NCBI GenBank assembly: GCA_016182915.1
Contig: JACPFP010000003.1
Span: 8,806 to 72,805 of the forward strand
Source: Candidatus Dojkabacteria bacterium
Lineage (GTDB): Bacteria; Patescibacteriota; Dojkabacteria; SC72
Direction of reading: 5' to 3'
DNA length: 64,000 nt
Shown: positions 59,301-64,000 of the stretch, one piece after another
How positions within the stretch are numbered: the stretch's first letter is position 1
Layout of the letters: every line of letters starts with the position of its first letter
Program-made: the position numbers and the translations under genes
The notes under the pieces: generated by a model
Told to the model about the DNA's origin: nothing
The model's database searches: none
Seen by the model: the letters and a program-made list of their open reading frames with translations, nothing else

Positions 59301-59557
59301 TTCTTTGAGTTGAAGTAGTCGGTGATATTATTGCTAAACTTTCCATGATCACTTACAAGAACTAGGCCGGGATTTTTCTCTGTGGTTACCCATGTAATTG
59401 TAGCTGAAGTTGCTGTAACGTTAGATATTTTTACATCATGGGCTTGTACAAATAGAAAATTTTTTATTGAAAAGATTGAGATTACTAGAAGGAAAATTCC
59501 TGTAATTAAGAGGAGTGTTTTATAATTCTTTTTGTTCTTTATCTTACTGGACTTCAT
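56297..59557 (-). CDS. Large surface protein: FN3 + Cys-rich repeats + lysozyme-like domain
   Basis: N-terminal TM, FN3 (SNVT..SATITW..L.P...Y), YGINPALALSIWVHES, PT-rich linker, GYNFI/GWNFI C-terminal repeats. Confidence 0.75.
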   Translation of the reverse strand: MKSSKIKNKKNYKTLLLITGIFLLVISIFSIKNFLFVQAHDVKISNVTATSATITWVTTEKNPGLVLVSDHGKFSNNITDYFNSKKYYDQRDIYETSTKTVRNIQSRYTHYVNITNLKPDKTYSFRISNGLTIWNIDNVNQNREWFSIDNTASFEFKTNNIAASSFILPQTISGELRDQEDMGYSDGIVFAKVYAQKSNSEIDTTKTSSIVSTYVNDIGGWVLDYSSASAEVLSTEKEIYISAHIENKKEAPGQFEPEKSGHTSIELFKYDRMQALRKSFLGSFISEVSAAGDSLCCALIITGRKNVYFDYENDGACNSCGKCFPVGSEAGGGTITQVGDVTVSGSNDTEKRNNCESIKRLASEGLPEGSSSGTGSETEGGTFGGTCNAFLDDDKFEVAEINRTEFVSYANRLAGEGSQAAECFNYVVCKSKQYGINPALALSIWVHESAASNYVRFPGVEDMGIHCYGGAGNYPAYPCNQTPKEDIKAQTEMFGLLPHTKCIEGGFDIVKWATGFWTGDCTETSYGTKYYEDLKLQWSSYGKGAFPNWMKKESTAQPNLDCDTDGASSPPPTTTPTTPPTTSPTTPPSSPSSPPSSNPIPTNPSSGTPREMCCAVLLEGEKDFIGKRTTSTSCADAYKTGTTLNGGKVEFGAEIKDKSTTEVMPICCAIKYSGKDNIYFDYENDTFFNKCSDPEAFYIGRAVGAFTVQAVGSEPLRGNTDAEMRANCEGTVRSASEGVPPDTPRGVKINEACEGKKFDQICENGLPSPKEQSASNQYGINTRCVNPNNPPVEDGITNIPISKTQTAIFTKLLQTASAAETLKVKEISGSVVKFPEDGIYNVQIGDYKVTNVPINSDAKYRFYEDKNGKRGYQAKKDTPLAPKSVNEIKIVKVENAFRQELNSGYNFISVNYKRGTSATAPDITAEAVQNIGNIDEIKLTYITSYEDGKWINGVRPRDDEKYGILGNSFLLKPGSGYIIVSNSDLKGASALMLPGDRVTTKVRTKIKEGWNFIGFTGKIDPVSSLKYLIEEKKTHNLDRLNITQWDTKKGLFESVQSFKNQVYGADFTLNNLQGYFVYSDKTFNLK

Positions 59558-59609
59558 TTAGAGAATATTATCATTTTTTAGAAGGATTGCATACGAATAT
59601 CTTTATACT

Positions 59610-60089
59610 CTATTTATGCTTTTTAAGTACTACTTCTATAATTCGAGATGTTGATTTACTTTTTCTATGGTCTTCTCTCTTATAGATCATTGTTGTTCCA
59701 TAACCCTCTATTATATCTCTATGATCCAACCATTTGGTATCTGTGGTATAGAAAAGGTTTGGTTTTAGTAATGAGATTATCTGTGTAGTTGGGTACAAAC
59801 CATCCTTAATTCCATAAGGCATAATAATTGCGAAATCGACACACTTTATATTATCCATAACAATGGCTCTATCATTCTCGTCAACTATCGGGCGTCCGGC
59901 GCCTTTTCTTTCAGTGACCCTTTTATTTGGTGAGATCCCTACAACAAGTAAGTCACCAAATTTCTTTGCTCTAGAGAGGAATTTAATATGACCAGGGTGA
60001 AGTATATCGAAAGTACCGCAAACAAGCACAAGCTTTTTCTTGTTATACAACCTACGTAGATTTTCTAGTTGGTTCATTTGGAGTACCAT
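59610..60089 (-). CDS. Cytidylyltransferase-family protein (RfaE/TagD/RibL-like)
   Basis: GTFDILHPGH, KG..RPI, STS.II. Confidence 0.9.
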   Translation of the reverse strand: MVLQMNQLENLRRLYNKKKLVLVCGTFDILHPGHIKFLSRAKKFGDLLVVGISPNKRVTERKGAGRPIVDENDRAIVMDNIKCVDFAIIMPYGIKDGLYPTTQIISLLKPNLFYTTDTKWLDHRDIIEGYGTTMIYKREDHRKSKSTSRIIEVVLKKHK

Positions 60090-60120
60090 CGATAATTTTC
60101 AGATCTTCGTTTTTCTTTTT

Positions 60121-60194
60121 TGGTTGCGGGACATGGACTCGAACCATGATTCACGGCTTCAAAGGCCGGTGTCCTACCATTAGACGATCCCGCA
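60121..60194 (-). tRNA. tRNA-Gln(TTG)
   Basis: TGCGGGA/TCCCGCA acceptor stem, anticodon loop CTTTGAA, GGTTCGAGTCC, encoded CCA. Confidence 0.96.
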
Positions 60195-60260
60195 TATACT
60201 CCCGTGTATTATACTATCTTGATTTGTAATATAACAAACTTTCCTTTAAATTATAACTGT

Positions 60261-61349
60261 ATGAAATATAATGCGATCGGAAAGAAAAGATATAAAGAGA
60301 GGAAATCCCTAAAACATAGGTTTAGTGTAATACTGGCAAAGATTAAAAGCCGAAAAGGTAGAAAGGGTGGCCTAAGGACAGTTAAGAGACTCCCAGGTAA
60401 GTCGATTTTTCGCTCCCTATTTCTTCTGTTCCTTATTTTAGGTAGTATTTTCCTCTTAACTATACTTATAAAATATGTCTCAAACCTTAGAACAGATGTG
60501 TTAAGTGGTAATGGAGTCAGTAAGGAGAAGGTTGTAGGTTTCGATGAGGTACCAGAATTCCCCTCTTCATCTTTTATCTTTAAAGGTAACTTGGAAAATG
60601 ATGATGTAAAAAGGTTTTTAAGCGGCGGACAGTCCATATACCGGCTTGAACCTGGAAACAGTTTTGATGACGTAATCGAATACTATTCTAAAACTCTTCC
60701 TGACAACGGTTGGGAGCATGTTCTAAGTGTACCTTTAGAATCTGAAGAGCAAAAGTACGGTGAGTATTGGGTGAAAGGGGATGTTGGCCTGCGTATATAC
60801 TCAAAGCTTAATGACATTTGGTATCAAACACTTTCTGTTAACGATGCTAAAACCGGTTTGGCAGCACAGGTGAAACAGGAGGTTGAATTCCAGCTATTAC
60901 TATCAGAAGATGCAAAGCAGGATCTTAGACCTGATTTTCCTTGGATCCTAAGTTTCTCAAATGATTATATCGCAACATATAATGGAACGGACGTGGGTGA
61001 GCTTCAAAGTGTGGTATTTCAAAGACTTGGGTCAAACAAAACAGTCAGGATTGACCCATTGGGGTATAAAGGGGCGTTTTCTTATGATAGGTTCCTTGAG
61101 AATGAGTTGAAAAAAGTAAACAAGAAAGAGAAAAGCTCTTGGATGATACTTAATACAGTAGTCACAGTCGTTTCTGGACAGGAAGCTCTTTTTGCAAAAA
61201 TCGTTGATGGGGGAAAATTTGCAGAAGCATATATTGTAGGCAACCCCAGGAATACTATTGTGTATATATTTAGGTCCTCAGATGAAGGCGATCCGTTTCT
61301 TAAATATATTGTTGAGAGGATTCAGCCTGCAAAGACTAGTTTGAACTAG
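60261..61349 (+). CDS. Hypothetical single-pass membrane protein
   Basis: Basic N-terminus, one TM, V..YY...L...GW motif. Confidence 0.7.
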   Translation: MKYNAIGKKRYKERKSLKHRFSVILAKIKSRKGRKGGLRTVKRLPGKSIFRSLFLLFLILGSIFLLTILIKYVSNLRTDVLSGNGVSKEKVVGFDEVPEFPSSSFIFKGNLENDDVKRFLSGGQSIYRLEPGNSFDDVIEYYSKTLPDNGWEHVLSVPLESEEQKYGEYWVKGDVGLRIYSKLNDIWYQTLSVNDAKTGLAAQVKQEVEFQLLLSEDAKQDLRPDFPWILSFSNDYIATYNGTDVGELQSVVFQRLGSNKTVRIDPLGYKGAFSYDRFLENELKKVNKKEKSSWMILNTVVTVVSGQEALFAKIVDGGKFAEAYIVGNPRNTIVYIFRSSDEGDPFLKYIVERIQPAKTSLN

Positions 61350-62814
61350 TCTCCCTAAGTCGTTTAACAATATTTGAAGAAGTGGTGCTGTTTTTAACTA
61401 CCTTATCTATATCTTCTAATGTAGCAGATTTTAATCCATCTAGAGATCCAAATGTTTTAATCAGCTTTCTTCTTGTAACTTCCCCTACTCCTTTTATTTC
61501 ATCCAGCACTGACTTCTTCTGTACAAATTTTCTTAGTTTTCTGTGATGAAGAAGCGCAAATCTATGAGCTTCATCTCTTAATAGAGAAAGAGAGGTTGAT
61601 TTAGGGATTTGTACCTGTTGCGATCCTTCACCTGTAATAATCCAGAACTCATCCTTAAGTTTTCCTCCTTTTCTTCTATATTTCCTCCCCTTTGTAATTC
61701 CAAGTATAAAGATATCGCTTGGAATTACCTCTCTAACTGTCGAGAGTTGGGTCTTACCCCCGTCAATCAGTATCATGTCTGGCTTTTGTACAAGGCTCTC
61801 GTCGGTATCGTTTCCTATATGTTTTAGCCTTCTTTCGAGCGCTTCTTTAAGCATTTCAGGGTCATTAGGTGTGTTGAGTGACTTTATCTTAAATACGCGG
61901 TAGAGATGGCTTTGCGGTACTCCATTTATACTTACAACCATTGAACCGTATGAGAGTTTTCCCTGAATATTTGATATGTCGTAGCACTCGATGCGTTCAA
62001 GTTTTTTCATACCAAGCGTGTCCCTGATCTTATCAGTCTCTACCTTTGATCTTGTATCTCTTTCCTTTATATATTCCTGCTCGGTACTGAAATATGTGAA
62101 TTTAATCTCTGAACCAAGGTACTTTAGATCCTCAATCTTATCTCTTAAGTCTGCGGCTTTCTCGAACTCCTGATTCTCAGAGTATTCAGCCATCTGTTTC
62201 TCTAATTCCCGGATATGTCCCCTATTATTCCCCTTAAGGAATCGAATAATTCCGTCTATATTAGATCTATATTCTTCTTTGGTTACATCTGGTCCTGGAC
62301 ATAGTCCAATTCTAGAATAGAAGCATGGCTTTGTAGGGTCTTTGCTTGTACAGAAAGGGTATATCTTTCGAATGTAATTAAAGACTCTTCGAATTGGTCT
62401 TCCACTTGGATATGGACCAAAGAGCAGACCTCTATTATATTCTGACTTATTTAAAGTTCGGATTATCTTTACAGTTGGATACTCATCTTTGGTGGTTATA
62501 TATAGCCATGCGTAGCTTTTGTCATCTTTAAGATCGCTATTGTACTTGGGAAGATATTTCTTTATAAGGGCAGATTCAAGTATGAGAGCTTCTATTTCAT
62601 TGTCTGTCTGAGTGAAATCCAAACCATGGACAAAGGGAATCATCTGTATGATTCTTGGGCGATCACTTATGTCTGAGCTGAAATATGAGGAGACTCTACT
62701 GTGCAGATTAGTTGCTTTGCCAATATAGAGTAGCTCTCCATTCTCGTCGAGAAATTTATACACTCCCGGTGATCTGGGGAGAAGTTGTATTTTTTCTTTT
62801 AACTGCTCTGTCAT
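61336..62814 (-). CDS. uvrC: Excinuclease ABC subunit C
   Basis: GIY-YIG (GVY..YIGKA), UVR domain, ECYDIS, IDGG, RDEAHRFA, HhH. Confidence 0.97.
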   Translation of the reverse strand: MTEQLKEKIQLLPRSPGVYKFLDENGELLYIGKATNLHSRVSSYFSSDISDRPRIIQMIPFVHGLDFTQTDNEIEALILESALIKKYLPKYNSDLKDDKSYAWLYITTKDEYPTVKIIRTLNKSEYNRGLLFGPYPSGRPIRRVFNYIRKIYPFCTSKDPTKPCFYSRIGLCPGPDVTKEEYRSNIDGIIRFLKGNNRGHIRELEKQMAEYSENQEFEKAADLRDKIEDLKYLGSEIKFTYFSTEQEYIKERDTRSKVETDKIRDTLGMKKLERIECYDISNIQGKLSYGSMVVSINGVPQSHLYRVFKIKSLNTPNDPEMLKEALERRLKHIGNDTDESLVQKPDMILIDGGKTQLSTVREVIPSDIFILGITKGRKYRRKGGKLKDEFWIITGEGSQQVQIPKSTSLSLLRDEAHRFALLHHRKLRKFVQKKSVLDEIKGVGEVTRRKLIKTFGSLDGLKSATLEDIDKVVKNSTTSSNIVKRLRETSSN

Positions 62815-63999
62815 CTAGGAAAAGGATTGAAGTAACTCTCGACCTTCTTTAGTCATGGTAATTTTATTGTTTATATCGATAGTTCGCAACTCCTTACCTT
62901 CCTGTATGAGAATTTTAACAGGGGTCTCCCCTTGATTCTCCTTAATATATAGCTTTAAGAGTTCTATCTGCTTCTTTGTATGCTTCTTCGTTATTTTAAA
63001 GATTACTCCTTTAAAATTAGAGCTGAATTTGTCTTGATCTATGAACTTTGCTTTCTCAATAATTACGCTTTTATCATTCTCCCTTTCTGAAACCCTTGCT
63101 GCAATTAATATCGGTTTATTAGCCTCAAAAACATCTTTAAGCTCCTCATATACTCTTGGAAATACAACTGCATCTATACTTCCAGATTTATCTTCAACAG
63201 TTAGAAAAGCCATCATCTCTCCCTTTTTAGTGGCAATTCTTCTTACTTTTGAAATTAAGGCTCCCAAAACAAGTAATTTTCCTGCTTTCGCCTCCTTAAT
63301 GCTTTGAATATGTACAACCTGTTTCTGTGCAAAGAATTCTTGAAGATCATCTAGTGGGTGGCTTGAGAAGTATAATCCTAGAAGATCTTTCTCCCATTGA
63401 AGCATCTCATGGAGGTTTCCCTCTATTTCTGGAATTGGAGTTCTCATTAACTGTTTGCTAGTACTTGAGTCACCATCTGTGCTAAAGAAATCTATCTGGC
63501 CATTAGCTTCTGTTTGTTTTTTCTTCTTTAATTTTTCAAATATTCCAGGGAGAATTGAAAGGAGTGCCTTCCTGTCTCCCCATGTATCCATTGCTCCTGC
63601 CATTATTAGATACTCTACAACCCTTTGTTGAAGCTTTCCTCCAATGTTTCTATATATAAAGTCATCCAGTGAGTCGTATTCCCCATCCCTTTCCCTCTCA
63701 GTTACAATATTCTTTACAACTTCGTGACCAACATTCTTTATTGCTCCTAGACCAAACCTAATTCTTCGAAAATCTCCCTCCTCAACTGTAAAATATACTC
63801 CACTCTTATTTATATCCGGCTGCACAACTTCAATCCCAAGTCGATTACATTCCTGGATATCTAGGGCAATTCGGTTAAAGTTCTCTAAGTCGGCTTCCAG
63901 AAGTGCGGCCATGTACTCCAAAGGATAGTAGTATTTCAAATAAGCCGTGTAGTATGAGACCATTGCATAGGCTGCAGCGTGGGATTTGTTGAAACCATA
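62815..63999 (-). CDS. dnaE: DNA polymerase III alpha subunit, C-terminal part (5'-truncated)
   Basis: YGFNKSHAAAY, PDINKS, IRFGLGAIKNVG, EK..LGLY.S.HPL, OB fold. Confidence 0.97.
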   Translation of the reverse strand, partial: YGFNKSHAAAYAMVSYYTAYLKYYYPLEYMAALLEADLENFNRIALDIQECNRLGIEVVQPDINKSGVYFTVEEGDFRRIRFGLGAIKNVGHEVVKNIVTERERDGEYDSLDDFIYRNIGGKLQQRVVEYLIMAGAMDTWGDRKALLSILPGIFEKLKKKKQTEANGQIDFFSTDGDSSTSKQLMRTPIPEIEGNLHEMLQWEKDLLGLYFSSHPLDDLQEFFAQKQVVHIQSIKEAKAGKLLVLGALISKVRRIATKKGEMMAFLTVEDKSGSIDAVVFPRVYEELKDVFEANKPILIAARVSERENDKSVIIEKAKFIDQDKFSSNFKGVIFKITKKHTKKQIELLKLYIKENQGETPVKILIQEGKELRTIDINNKITMTKEGRELLQSFS

Positions 64000-64000
64000 G

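Noticed and set aside
1221-63307. Many short antisense or overlapping ORFs in the six-frame track (e.g. 1530..1910, 24245..24691, 57528..57968)
   Set aside because: Shadows of well-supported genes, with no motifs of their own
1-64000. CRISPR array, IS/transposase, integrase, prophage or rRNA
   Set aside because: No regularly spaced repeats or matching proteins were seen, including next to the two tRNAs
1-64000. Alternative genetic code (TGA read-through as in Gracilibacteria)
   Set aside because: Conserved genes are full length in code 11 and several end at TGA (e.g. 1902, 31113, 37830)

Overview
AT-rich, densely coding bacterial chromosome segment in genetic code 11. Gene content and style (type IV pilus cluster, large Cys-rich surface proteins, no respiratory genes, few Shine-Dalgarno sites) point to a Patescibacteria/CPR genome, perhaps Dojkabacteria-like. 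That lineage is an inference, since the window has no rRNA. Contents: an OmpR regulator / MacB-type ABC / histidine kinase / ECF sigma / anti-sigma cluster; a type IV pilus operon next to pcm and a SipW-TasA pair; thioredoxin + CcdA; transporters; DNA repair and replication genes (alkD, lexA, mutL, uvrB, uvrC, partial dnaE); an Fe/Mn superoxide dismutase (SOD); tRNA-Pro(TGG) and tRNA-Gln(TTG). No CRISPR array, transposase, integrase or prophage was seen. Most notable: (1) a 732-aa 'hypothetical' protein that looks by eye like a collinear but degenerate primary-type sigma70 lacking the promoter-melting Trp dyad and the -35 recognition helix; (2) a Cys-rich surface protein carrying its own glutaredoxin domain beside Trx/CcdA; (3) a 1086-aa surface protein whose Cys-rich, lysozyme-like core is bracketed by internal AxA-type motifs; (4) a recurring leaderless-promoter layout; (5) a small membrane-protein gene whose predicted mRNA ends base-pair; (6) a Cache sensor frameshifted at an AT microsatellite. 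All family calls are from visual motif recognition, not database searches.
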